In this document: positions 17,694 to 27,765 of the stretch, piece after piece
How positions within the stretch are numbered: the stretch's first letter is position 1
Layout: the number at the start of each line of letters is the position of its first letter
Virus record (IMG/VR): IMGVR_UViG_3300020037_003123
Span: 3,412-67,411 of that record
From: a virus
Taxonomy: Duplodnaviria > Caudoviricetes
DNA: 64,000 nucleotides
Reading direction: 5' to 3' (one strand)
Position numbers and translations under genes: made by a program
The notes under the pieces: model-generated
Database searches by the model: none
What the model was told of the DNA's origin: nothing
Seen by the model: only the letters and a program-made list of their open reading frames with translations

Positions 17694-20600
17694 TTATAAT
17701 ATAAAAAATATAGTTCCTCCGTGTATTACTTTTGTTTTATTCTGTTGGGCATTATATAAAAAAGATATATTAGTGCCTGGTCCTTTATAAGCTCCTATTA
17801 TATTTGATGTAAAATTTTTATATCGGGTGTCAATTTTTGATATTGATAAATATTGTATTATAGAGTTATAAATTTTTTCTTCCCCAGACGTTGTAGGACC
17901 ATTTATATAATTAGAACTAGGACCTGAATTGTATTTTCCTGTTATGGATTGAAATTGATTTTTAGCCCCCAATACATTTGTTATATTATTAGAAGTTCTT
18001 GTTCTGTTTAATATAATAGCGGCAATCCAAGCATTTTCTTGTTCATCACCTCCTGATTCAGCATTTATAGCTGCTATTAAATAATTCCAATTAGAATCAT
18101 CTATTTTTGATCCTAAATATTTTTCGGCTATTTTCTTAGCCTCATTTGATGATTTTCCTTTTGCTCTGAATTTTGTTGATTCCACATATTGTTTACCTAA
18201 TTCAGTAGTGTATTTAATATATCCAGGAATAGTAGTAGCGTTTACTATTTCTTGAACAGCAAAATTTAATTTTTGAATACTAAATAGATTGTAGTCTTTA
18301 TTATTATAATCATTTAATACTACATTAAGTGAGTCTATTTTAGTTGCCCAATCTCCATTTTGAATGGAGTGACCAATAGATGTAATCACATTTCCTAATT
18401 GTGAACCTACTCCTCCAACTCCTCTATATCCTCTAGGTAATACTGTATCAGGTAATTTAAACATATGACCTATTACTAATCCCCCAATACCATCCATTTC
18501 GGCTGAAAATTTAGTTGGAATTATGTTTCTATTGCTGCCTGAGGATTTAGTTATTGATTGAAAATACACAATTAAATCTCTTAAAGCATTTTTAGCATCT
18601 GATGCTAAAGTATTATAATCTGCGGACGTATATGTACTATTATTAGTTACACTTCCATTTAAAGCATCTAGTAATGTTATTATTTGAGATAATCCATTAA
18701 TAATTTTGTAATCTTCACTAGGATTATAAGGAGTTGAAGGGTATATGTTTCCTCCTTGTGCATCTATTTTATCTACAATAATTCTATCAATTAAATTAGT
18801 ATTAAAATCAATCATAGTATTATTTTGAATACCTAATTGACCACCTTTAGCTTGTGCTCCTATTGCTATAATAGAGCTTTGATCTGGAAATATTTGAGAT
18901 TGTAATGAATATTGTCTTATAGTTGAGTCTAAACTATGAATAGGTAATTCATATAAATTATTATATTTAGCTTTATTAGGCTCTGTGTAATTTATATCTA
19001 TAATTCGAGCAATATTATTATCTATAGGGTCAACATGTATTTCAAATGAATTAATATTTCCTATAGATACTTGGATATCTGCTATTAATCTTTTAATATA
19101 ATCATATAAATTAATTTCATCTCTATGTTTAGGGTCTTTGGATTCTAATTCACTACTTAAAGCTTGTTGATATAAGTACTTAACATTAACATAAATGTTT
19201 TTCAATATTCCTATCTCTAAATTAGGATCATCGTTGTAAAAATAATTTTTATTTAATTTAGACAATATTTCTAAGTTTTTAATAGCCTCTTTTGAATTTT
19301 CAGATATGTTATATAATGAAGTTCCTATATCTTGTGTACTTACTAAACTATCGTTGAAATTTATTTTAGTTATAAATCCAGTATATACTTTAAAAGTAGC
19401 CTTCTTACTTTCTTTATTTTTATCTCCCCCAAAACCATATTCTGGTTCTTTATTTATTATTTGTTGGTATTGTTCTTTTGTAATAGGAGTGGTTGGTACT
19501 ATTATTTTAGGATTTACGGGCCACACAGAGGTATCGACATTCGGAGTAAATTTAATACTAATATTAATTTTTTTTAATATGTCTCCTATTTGTCTAATAG
19601 TATTAACATTATCTGGAGTTTGTTTGTCTGATCCTTCTGTTTGAAATCCTACTAATTCTCCATTAAGTATTTCTTCTAATGTTGAATATTTTTTTTGAAA
19701 AACAGTATTAAAAATAGGTTTTTCTTTTAATTTCTTTTTAAAGGAAGCATATATAACCGGAGTTGTTAATAAACTTATTCCATTTATCAATTTTTGATTA
19801 TCTGTTCCTACTCTAATTACAGCATCAAATATAGTATTATATGCATTTTGTACTACACCATCTATATTACTTTTTTCTGATGTTTCTTCTACACTTTTTA
19901 TTATAGTATTCCAATTATTATTTTGTATTAAACATATACTAGGGTCTACAGATATTTGAAATGGGTGAGCTACACAATATAAAGGATCGGGAGTTGAACC
20001 AGAAATCAAATCATAAACAGAAGAAGATAAAGAAAATTCGACTAATGGTTTATTATCAGTACTTGATTTAGCTATAATATATTTATTTAATACATTAAGA
20101 GCTGCTTCTAAAGTAATATAAACTTCCGTTGTACCATATGAAAGATCTTTTTTATCATTGGTATTATTAGATGAATTAAAATTTAAACCATTAATTAAAG
20201 CATAATTATTACTAAATATGCTATCAGAAGATAAAATAACAGGATTGCTTCCTGGGTTCCCTCCTTTATTACCTGTAAATGAATTACATAGTTTATAATA
20301 TGTTTCAGCCCATACACCGGCTAAGGCATTTTTAGAATAGGAATTTTGCCAGTAAACATAACTATTTCCTTGACTGATAAATTCTTTTGATAATAAACCA
20401 TCATTAGAACCAGATGTAATATATGCTGGTAGATAGTTCACCTTTAATGATTCAATGATTTCACCTGTAGATATAACACTTACTTGACAATCATATCCAC
20501 CATCCATTCTAGCCGACCATTGGTAATTTTTTATATAACCAAACATAGCATCATAATTACCAGCATATTTTACTGATTTATCGTATAAATCTCTAAATAG

Positions 20601-21164
20601 TTTTGTTCGATCAGTTTGTTTTATATTGATTATATCATAATAATCTGTAAAATTAGGTTCGTATTTTCCACTATTATCTAAATAAGGTGTCCATCCCCAC
20701 TCAATTAATACAGTATATCCTGGGCGCATATATAGCAATTCTAAATCTTCTAATTGATTAATATCCCAACATTGAAAATTTATTGTTGCCTCCCTTAATG
20801 AACCATACGCTGATTTAGATTTAATATCTAAAGATGTTATACCAGGCATCGGACGAATACCCAAACGATAAGGGTTACCATTATAACCTGTATTACTATA
20901 TGCATTTGAGAAATCACCTATACCTGATTTTGGCGTTCCTACTACAGATTTATCTGTTATATCATTTAAAGTACCACCTTGTAAAATGTATTTTTTAGCT
21001 AATTCATTTGTACCATTAACATTAACACTTGAAGACATTCTAATCCAAGCATTACGAGAATTCAAGTAAGAAAGTTGTTCAGGAGAACGATATAACATCG
21101 CATCTCTTCTACTTTCTAATTGAGATTGTATATGTGGGGAAAATGTACTTTTAAATATTGACAT
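17694..21164 (-). CDS. Baseplate hub-like protein with C-terminal SleB/Hydrolase_2-like cell wall hydrolase
   Basis: Tail-module position. C-terminal IAAINAES...IAAIILNR...ITNVL...QFQ matches the Hydrolase_2 pattern. Confidence 0.65.
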   Translation of the reverse strand: MSIFKSTFSPHIQSQLESRRDAMLYRSPEQLSYLNSRNAWIRMSSSVNVNGTNELAKKYILQGGTLNDITDKSVVGTPKSGIGDFSNAYSNTGYNGNPYRLGIRPMPGITSLDIKSKSAYGSLREATINFQCWDINQLEDLELLYMRPGYTVLIEWGWTPYLDNSGKYEPNFTDYYDIINIKQTDRTKLFRDLYDKSVKYAGNYDAMFGYIKNYQWSARMDGGYDCQVSVISTGEIIESLKVNYLPAYITSGSNDGLLSKEFISQGNSYVYWQNSYSKNALAGVWAETYYKLCNSFTGNKGGNPGSNPVILSSDSIFSNNYALINGLNFNSSNNTNDKKDLSYGTTEVYITLEAALNVLNKYIIAKSSTDNKPLVEFSLSSSVYDLISGSTPDPLYCVAHPFQISVDPSICLIQNNNWNTIIKSVEETSEKSNIDGVVQNAYNTIFDAVIRVGTDNQKLINGISLLTTPVIYASFKKKLKEKPIFNTVFQKKYSTLEEILNGELVGFQTEGSDKQTPDNVNTIRQIGDILKKINISIKFTPNVDTSVWPVNPKIIVPTTPITKEQYQQIINKEPEYGFGGDKNKESKKATFKVYTGFITKINFNDSLVSTQDIGTSLYNISENSKEAIKNLEILSKLNKNYFYNDDPNLEIGILKNIYVNVKYLYQQALSSELESKDPKHRDEINLYDYIKRLIADIQVSIGNINSFEIHVDPIDNNIARIIDINYTEPNKAKYNNLYELPIHSLDSTIRQYSLQSQIFPDQSSIIAIGAQAKGGQLGIQNNTMIDFNTNLIDRIIVDKIDAQGGNIYPSTPYNPSEDYKIINGLSQIITLLDALNGSVTNNSTYTSADYNTLASDAKNALRDLIVYFQSITKSSGSNRNIIPTKFSAEMDGIGGLVIGHMFKLPDTVLPRGYRGVGGVGSQLGNVITSIGHSIQNGDWATKIDSLNVVLNDYNNKDYNLFSIQKLNFAVQEIVNATTIPGYIKYTTELGKQYVESTKFRAKGKSSNEAKKIAEKYLGSKIDDSNWNYLIAAINAESGGDEQENAWIAAIILNRTRTSNNITNVLGAKNQFQSITGKYNSGPSSNYINGPTTSGEEKIYNSIIQYLSISKIDTRYKNFTSNIIGAYKGPGTNISFLYNAQQNKTKVIHGGTIFFIL

Positions 21165-21168
21165 AACA

Positions 21169-21474
21169 TTATCTTGCTGTGTTGAATTGGTTAAATAAAT
21201 TTAAAACATTTGTTAAATTAGTTGGTATTCTTAATTGAGTACCAGGTATTGGAAACATTGAACCTTTAGTTGCATTATTATTTGCCGCAGCAATTACCCA
21301 CCAAAGATTAACATCACGATAATAACTATATGCTAAAAGATCAAGTCTATCACCAATAGTTGTTACAACATAAACATCATTAACTGATAAAGGTATATTA
21401 GGATACATTTTACCCTTAATATATGGTTTACCTTGTGATGTTGTTTCTATTGTTTTATTATCGTAGCGTGTCAT
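21169..21474 (-). CDS. LysM-like baseplate wedge protein (gpX/gp53-like)
   Basis: GDRLDLLAYSYY.D..LWWVIA.AN...G..LRIP. Confidence 0.8.
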   Translation of the reverse strand: MTRYDNKTIETTSQGKPYIKGKMYPNIPLSVNDVYVVTTIGDRLDLLAYSYYRDVNLWWVIAAANNNATKGSMFPIPGTQLRIPTNLTNVLNLFNQFNTAR

Positions 21475-23624
21475 GTTGAAAGAATATTTGGTTGTGATAC
21501 TAAATCAACTACACCATTATTAGTGGGTTGTGGAGTTGTTGGAGGAACAGTAGGTGAAATAGCATTAGCTTTATCTTTTTTATAAATATTATTTGCTAAC
21601 CAACTATGGTAATATTGTATAGTATTAACATCACCCCCTGTATTATTTTGTGCCAACAGCGATATATTTTTATCTTTTGCTTCTATTTTATTTTCTGTTT
21701 GAGTCTCAGCACCTATTGGTGTAAATGTCATTGATACCTCTAAAATATGAGGTAATATTAACATCTTTGTTCCACCTTCTGGTTCATCGATTGCAATTTC
21801 CCAAGGTGAGTCGTTTGGTACAGTATACGAAATAGAATTTAAAATTCCAAGCTGAGCATCTAAGTAATTTCCTACTGTCATTCTATGTAATGGACCTCTC
21901 ATTACATTATTTTTATAATCAGGCATTAATGAACTCATTAAATAATTTAATTTAGAGTACATTGGTGCCATTTCTTCTTTAGATAAAGCAGCAACTTTAA
22001 ATCCAATTTGGATTTTACGAGTAAAACCATTGTATATATAGAACGGATTACCTCTACCAGCATATTTTATATCACTCCATTGAGCATCAACATTATCACT
22101 AAATTGTGTTAAGTATGCTCTAAATATCATGAAATCACTAAGACTAGGATCATCAGTGTCTACTGATTGTATAGCAAATTTAATTAGATCTCGTATATTA
22201 TGTTTTTCACCATCTGGAGAATAAGTTTCGGTGTCATTTCCATACCAATAGTGTGTTACTCGTGAAAGTAGAGGAGTTAAATTAATTTGATCTTTTCTTT
22301 CACTACCAACTCTATTCTCACGAGATATATCAGACCATTTTTCATAATTTATCTTTATAACGTCTCCATATGAGTTTTTATATCCTATAAGAGCACCATT
22401 AGTAGCTGATTCGTATAAACCACTTTTATTGATAACACCGTTTTCGTCTCTAACCGTTTTGTATATTCCAAATTGATTAGTATTTACTCCTACTGATCCT
22501 GTTCCAGAAGAAACAAAAGCAACATTATTAAATAATTCTTGTTGACTTTTTACTTGTTTAATTAATGCACTATATTGTTTTAAATTAGAATTAGAATAAT
22601 TAACAGCATTTTTATTAATAGCTTGTTTTAAATTATTTTCTTCTATATAGCTAGTTTCATTATATGTTACTAAAGCATCGGATATTGTTTTTCCATTATC
22701 GTAATATCCGTATAAACCGTTATTTCCTCCTAATGTAGATGTATAATTAACAATAGCTTGTCCACCTTTATCATCTATTGAATATCCAGCAAGTTGTTTA
22801 CTTCTATCTAAAGCATCCTGAATTTTTTGTCCGTCTTCAGTATTACTATATCTTCTTATAACTGTTTGACCTACACCATATACTGAGTTAGGACCTCCAA
22901 TATATTGATCTATAATTTGTTGTTGAGGGGTAAATTTAAATTTAGGAATAGCAGGGCCGCCTAATGGTACACTTATAGTATTAAATATATTAGTAAATAT
23001 AGATATTACTCTATTTTCTCTATTAATTAATCTTTGAGTTGGATCAACAGGATTAATTACATTATCACCTAATTGAAGCTTACTAGTTAATTTAAGTAAT
23101 CTGTTGTCTCCAGCTTCATTATTAGAGGCAACCGCATTTTCATATTTATTTTCTTCTATTTGGTCTGTAAGTATACCATGTCTAAGAAAATGTGTTCCAA
23201 AAGCATTAACAGGAACTTGTGCTAAAGTATTTACTCCTCCATTATATATTCTAGTAGGACCTATTTGTTGATTTACTCTATTAGCAATATTTCCTATAAA
23301 ATTTAAGAATGGACCTCCACTTATATTTAATTTTCTTACTTCTAGTTTAGGATTAGATAATTGTAATCCTGCTTGTCTTGTAATAAACAAGTACCCAGGT
23401 GTACCATCATATAAAAATTTGCTAATACGAAGTCTATCAGTTTCTGATGCTTGGGTTGCTCCTACAATACCATATCTCATAAAACCACCATCGAAGGGGA
23501 TCTGAGTATCAGTTGTATTGATATCTGTTGTAATATAGGGTTGACCACTATTACCACCTCCAGGACGGTCTTGTCCGTACTTAAGCGATTTTAAGTCTGT
23601 ATGTAAAGTTAATAACCCTGGCAT
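21471..23624 (-). CDS. Baseplate / tail tube initiator-like protein
   Basis: C-terminal FRAYL..FSD...W....Y.GR....YIY.GFTR.I...F, typical of tube-fold baseplate proteins; follows the tape measure. Confidence 0.6.
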   Translation of the reverse strand: MPGLLTLHTDLKSLKYGQDRPGGGNSGQPYITTDINTTDTQIPFDGGFMRYGIVGATQASETDRLRISKFLYDGTPGYLFITRQAGLQLSNPKLEVRKLNISGGPFLNFIGNIANRVNQQIGPTRIYNGGVNTLAQVPVNAFGTHFLRHGILTDQIEENKYENAVASNNEAGDNRLLKLTSKLQLGDNVINPVDPTQRLINRENRVISIFTNIFNTISVPLGGPAIPKFKFTPQQQIIDQYIGGPNSVYGVGQTVIRRYSNTEDGQKIQDALDRSKQLAGYSIDDKGGQAIVNYTSTLGGNNGLYGYYDNGKTISDALVTYNETSYIEENNLKQAINKNAVNYSNSNLKQYSALIKQVKSQQELFNNVAFVSSGTGSVGVNTNQFGIYKTVRDENGVINKSGLYESATNGALIGYKNSYGDVIKINYEKWSDISRENRVGSERKDQINLTPLLSRVTHYWYGNDTETYSPDGEKHNIRDLIKFAIQSVDTDDPSLSDFMIFRAYLTQFSDNVDAQWSDIKYAGRGNPFYIYNGFTRKIQIGFKVAALSKEEMAPMYSKLNYLMSSLMPDYKNNVMRGPLHRMTVGNYLDAQLGILNSISYTVPNDSPWEIAIDEPEGGTKMLILPHILEVSMTFTPIGAETQTENKIEAKDKNISLLAQNNTGGDVNTIQYYHSWLANNIYKKDKANAISPTVPPTTPQPTNNGVVDLVSQPNILST

Positions 23625-23633
23625 TTATATCTA

Positions 23634-23996
23634 TTAATATCTTCCTGGTTGTGGTCCTAAGTCTTTATATTTGCGACCTTGTGCTGATTTGTATATTTGT
23701 GATACTACTCCACCCATTCCTGCTTGTGTGTTATTAGGAGCATTAGGATCTAATTCATCTAATCTTGCTGGTGGGCGAACTGTTGTAACACCACCTAAAG
23801 CAGTACGGTTAAAGTCAACAATACGTTCATTAGGATTACCATCTACAGAGTAAGTATATTGTAATTCACTTAATGCAGGATCTAATGTTCCTAATGGTGA
23901 TTGATATCCCCAAGCTGGTTGATTGTTTTGTGGGTTAAAACCATTACCTTGTAAACTTAGGTTACTGTTTGGTAATTGATCTAATACTGATGCCAT
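23634..23996 (-). CDS. Hypothetical virion-associated protein
   Basis: ORF in the tail module with its own ATATTTAT motif. Confidence 0.6.
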   Translation of the reverse strand: MASVLDQLPNSNLSLQGNGFNPQNNQPAWGYQSPLGTLDPALSELQYTYSVDGNPNERIVDFNRTALGGVTTVRPPARLDELDPNAPNNTQAGMGGVVSQIYKSAQGRKYKDLGPQPGRY

Positions 23997-24032
23997 AATT
24001 GTAATGTTTTGTTGTCAATAAATATTAATAGA

Positions 24033-26075
24033 TTAAGCTAGTTTATATGAATTTTGAGTTTGGGATGTACCCAATGCATTAACTGTTCCTAAATTACGAG
24101 CAAAGGCATCTTCACCATTAATATAAGCAATTGCTGGTCTATTTTTTAATTCATTAACAGCATTACGTACTTCATTTATTGCTGCTATCATTGGTGAAAA
24201 ATCAGTTGATCCTCCTCCTCCTTTGTTAATATTAGGTGAAACTGCTAAGCCATCACCTTTTGATGTTATTGCTGTTGCCCCATATGCATCTGTGATAGTA
24301 AATGGACCTTTATCGGAGGGTGCTATGCCGTCTTTAACTTCTTGTGGTTTAGCACTATCGAAAGCTCCTGTAGCTGCAATTATACCAGCTATCACTGCTG
24401 CTATACCTATACCTAAAGTAACGGCAGATGCTGTAGCTATAGCGCCGGCTGCTGCTAATTCTAATTCTGTGGCCATTGTTGCTAACCCCATTAATGTTTT
24501 GGTTAAAGATATAGAAGCTAACGTTATCATAGCAGATACTATTACCCCACTATGTTTAGCTAAATCAGCAAAACCATCAATAAGTTGTCCTAAAGGTCCT
24601 GCTACTAAGTTACCTATCAAATCCTGCATTTTTTCAACAGCATTATTGAATTTTTCTTGGATTGATTGTTGTTGTATTTGTTTATATAATGCGCTATCTA
24701 AAGGTTCTCCTTGTGCTTTTAATGCTTCTAATTGAGCATCAAGGGTTAGTTTGGAAGCATCTCCTAATTTATTTGCTTTTTCTTGATCAAGCAACATTTT
24801 ACTCATTTCATCTCTACTCATACCAAAAGCTTCAGCTAGTGATTTTTGAGCAATGACATTCATGTTTTGATAATCATTTAATGTACCTACCTGATTAGAT
24901 AATTCGGCCATTAATGTTGCTTGATCTCCTGTTAAAGCAGCATAGCGTGCTTTTTCTAAATTAATTTGTTTACCTGTTATTAATTCAGCTTTTAATTCAT
25001 TTTCAATTGATGATTCCCAATTTAATAATGACTCACCAACTTTATCAACTTGATCTAAAGTTAAACCTAATTTTTTAGCTTGTACTACAGCAGCACCCAA
25101 TGCTTCTGGGTTGCCTTGAAATTTAATTAATATTCCTTCACTTAAATTAGCTACATCTTTTAATATTGTTCTTTGATCAATAGCTATTCTATTAGAACGT
25201 TGAGAAGCCGCTGATCCTCTAATAATAGATTTTGTTGTAGCCTCTATTGAAGTTCCATTTACTATAGATAGTTTAGCTAATTTACCAGCTTGTTCTGCTG
25301 ATAATCCCATTAGTTTAGTTAAGCGAGAAAAATCTTCTGCTTGTTTTCCACTATATTTAACACTAATGCCTAATTGTTCTGATAATTGGGATTGGGCTTC
25401 TAATAATTTAGTAGTTGTAACAAAAGAATCATTTGCAGAAGCGGCATAATCAGAAAAATTTTGATATAATCCTCTAGCTTGATCTTTACTTATTCCTAAA
25501 GATTTAGCTAATTCTGTAGTTTGTTCGTCTGCTTTTAAAGCAAAACCTAATATAGATTTAAACAGAGCTACTATAGGTAATGCTGCTAAACCTTTGTATA
25601 TTTTTTGAGTTTTTTCTAATACTCTATTAGTTTCATGTCTCTTATCATTTTCTTCTTTTAAAAGAGTTAAATATGCTCCTTGAGCAGCATTTAATTCTAA
25701 TTGAGCACTAATTTGTTTAAGTTGTTGATTAAGAGATTCTTGTTGTTTTTTAAATTTATTTTCACCTATTTTTTGTTGACTTATACTTTTTTTATTATAA
25801 TCATCTACAAGATCATTTAATTGAGCTTGAATTGATTTTTTATCAAGAGCTAATTTAACACTTTCTTTATTTATCTTTTTTAAATTAGATTCAAGCTCCT
25901 TAGTAATATCTTTTCCTTCCTTAAAAGATTTTGTTATATCTTCAAGTTCTTCTTTAGTATCAGTTAAACTAGCATTTAATTTACCCTTAATAGATACAGC
26001 AATATCATCAATAATATTATTGAGATTTTCTAAGTCTTCAGATAATAGTTTTATTATTTTAGGATCTGTTGCCAT
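24033..26075 (-). CDS. Tape measure protein
   Basis: Long helical Ala/Leu/Lys-rich protein with hydrophobic segments, directly downstream of the tail chaperone, tube and sheath genes. Confidence 0.8.
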   Translation of the reverse strand: MATDPKIIKLLSEDLENLNNIIDDIAVSIKGKLNASLTDTKEELEDITKSFKEGKDITKELESNLKKINKESVKLALDKKSIQAQLNDLVDDYNKKSISQQKIGENKFKKQQESLNQQLKQISAQLELNAAQGAYLTLLKEENDKRHETNRVLEKTQKIYKGLAALPIVALFKSILGFALKADEQTTELAKSLGISKDQARGLYQNFSDYAASANDSFVTTTKLLEAQSQLSEQLGISVKYSGKQAEDFSRLTKLMGLSAEQAGKLAKLSIVNGTSIEATTKSIIRGSAASQRSNRIAIDQRTILKDVANLSEGILIKFQGNPEALGAAVVQAKKLGLTLDQVDKVGESLLNWESSIENELKAELITGKQINLEKARYAALTGDQATLMAELSNQVGTLNDYQNMNVIAQKSLAEAFGMSRDEMSKMLLDQEKANKLGDASKLTLDAQLEALKAQGEPLDSALYKQIQQQSIQEKFNNAVEKMQDLIGNLVAGPLGQLIDGFADLAKHSGVIVSAMITLASISLTKTLMGLATMATELELAAAGAIATASAVTLGIGIAAVIAGIIAATGAFDSAKPQEVKDGIAPSDKGPFTITDAYGATAITSKGDGLAVSPNINKGGGGSTDFSPMIAAINEVRNAVNELKNRPAIAYINGEDAFARNLGTVNALGTSQTQNSYKLA

Positions 26076-26106
26076 TTATATTGTAGTATTACATCACATA
26101 AATATT

Positions 26107-26132
26107 AAAAGCACCTATTTTTTAGGTGCTTT
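26107..26132 (-). terminator. Terminator-like hairpin
   Basis: 10-bp stem AAAGCACCTA/TAGGTGCTTT overlapping the stop of the frameshift extension; U tract is short. Confidence 0.6.
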
Positions 26133-26381
26133 CGTTGTATAAGTTGGAGGTGATATGTTAGGACGAGATACGCTTGTATCTTTTTTGTTTTTTAACATAC
26201 TTTGTTGTTTTTCATTTTCTTCATTCTGTTTATCATAATGTTCCTTCATTAAATTAAACGTAGTTCTACGTAACCACAAAGGCATATTATAAACAGTATC
26301 CCAATCATAACCACCATTCCCATGAAATACTATCTCATGAATTTGTTTGAATAGAATAGGTCTATACTCCGGCGTCAGGCC
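26115..26381 (-). CDS. Frameshift-accessed extension of the tail assembly chaperone (GT-like)
   Basis: 88-codon frame GLTPEYRPILFKQIHEIVFHGNGGYDWDTVYNMPLWLRRTTF...KAPKK starting right after a U9 run; no ATG before codon 33. Confidence 0.7.
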   Translation of the reverse strand, partial: GLTPEYRPILFKQIHEIVFHGNGGYDWDTVYNMPLWLRRTTFNLMKEHYDKQNEENEKQQSMLKNKKDTSVSRPNISPPTYTTKAPKK

Positions 26382-27120
26382 AAAAAAAAATAAGCGAAAT
26401 TGGAATCGCTATACCCTCCCCTGTATAACTATCATCTTCTGGGATGAATTTCATTTCAATATCTGGTTGTACTTTAGTATAATATTCACGTAATGCTCTA
26501 GCGTCTGGAGCTAATAAATAATTATCTACAAAATCACGAATTGATTTTTGTTCACTGTCTCCATTTACTGATGTTATCATGTGTTTGAAGCGGGTAGTAA
26601 TATCGTATGAGCCATTTGGATTAATTTTCTTTAATCCTTTAATTTCAGCATCAATTTTCTTTTCGTCTCCGTGTGTGAGTAATTTAAACGTTACTGTATT
26701 ACCTGATTTAGGTAGAGCAAATGTGAAGCTATTTGTACCTGCTTTAAATAATGATTCATCAATTTTTTTCTCTTCTAATTTAGATAAATCAACAGTTGCT
26801 TCTAATTCTTGCCCGCGTTCATTATTGTATTTAAATGAATATTCTTGACCATATCCAAGGACACGTGCTGCAATTAGAATAGCATTTTTATCACCAATTA
26901 ACAATTCATCATAATTGATTGGTGTTACAATTAATGATTGCAGTAGTTTATCAATAACTGTACCTTGACGAATGAAGTTGCTATTGGTAAGAATATCTTC
27001 TTCACGTGCTGTCATATATTTCATGGAAATTTTCCCTGCTGAAAGAGGGGAGTCTTTAGGATATAATAATCCTTTTGATGGTAATGAAACCTCTTCTGTC
27101 GGTAACTTTAGTTCTGCCAT
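26362..27120 (-). CDS. Tail/baseplate hub assembly chaperone (gp26-like)
   Basis: LPTE.V.LPSKG..Y, MTA.EEDILT, ends FFWPDAGV; lies between the tube and tape measure genes. Confidence 0.75.
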   Translation of the reverse strand: MAELKLPTEEVSLPSKGLLYPKDSPLSAGKISMKYMTAREEDILTNSNFIRQGTVIDKLLQSLIVTPINYDELLIGDKNAILIAARVLGYGQEYSFKYNNERGQELEATVDLSKLEEKKIDESLFKAGTNSFTFALPKSGNTVTFKLLTHGDEKKIDAEIKGLKKINPNGSYDITTRFKHMITSVNGDSEQKSIRDFVDNYLLAPDARALREYYTKVQPDIEMKFIPEDDSYTGEGIAIPISLIFFWPDAGV

Positions 27121-27229
27121 ATTTGTGTTGTTTTATTTGATTTAATCTGGTTTTCTAAAACGGTTAATGGTTGTGTGTTGGTGTAGTGAAAAAGGACGAA
27201 CGCTTCTTTTCAAATATGGAGGATTTGAA

Positions 27230-27715
27230 TTAGAAATTCAATACGCAATAATCCATAGCAATTGTAACAGCTAATGAAATATAAGATTCACTAGCCCAAT
27301 CGTAATCGCCGAATGTTGCTGTTTTAACATAAGCACCTTTTACTATCCATTCACCTACTACGTCACCAACAGGTCCTAATATATTTAAAGTGATGTCTTT
27401 CTTGTAAAAGTCGGAATAGCCATCTCGGCCTGTTACTGACTCGTGAGCTAAACGAGCCCATTCCATTACTGATTGAGCACCACTCGGTGTAACCGGATCA
27501 TATAATTCTAAGTTCATATCATTCCATTTTACTTTACCTTTAACTTTACGGTAAACGTTGATATGGTCTAATATGATTTCTCCAGCGTCAAAACCAGGAG
27601 CACTGGCTTTCTTAATTAAGTATGCTGGAATACCGTCTATGTACATGATAAAGCGATTCTGAACTTTTGGTTCGAATGCTGTGAACATGATTTCATTTGG
27701 GTTTAATACTGCCAT
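27230..27715 (-). CDS. gp19: Tail tube protein (T4 gp19-like)
   Basis: FEPK.QNRF..YIDGIP, W...AHESVTGRDGYSDFYKKD, L.MDY; adjacent to the sheath. Confidence 0.9.
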   Translation of the reverse strand: MAVLNPNEIMFTAFEPKVQNRFIMYIDGIPAYLIKKASAPGFDAGEIILDHINVYRKVKGKVKWNDMNLELYDPVTPSGAQSVMEWARLAHESVTGRDGYSDFYKKDITLNILGPVGDVVGEWIVKGAYVKTATFGDYDWASESYISLAVTIAMDYCVLNF

Positions 27716-27765
27716 TTTATATTGTTATTTTATTGCTATTAATAAATATTAGGAACTACAATCCC

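Noticed and set aside
27121-27229. Unusually long AC-rich gap between the tail tube and chaperone genes as a possible ncRNA
   Set aside because: Only a 7-bp hairpin (TTCAAAT/ATTTGAA) and an A/C-rich leader; not enough to support an RNA gene.
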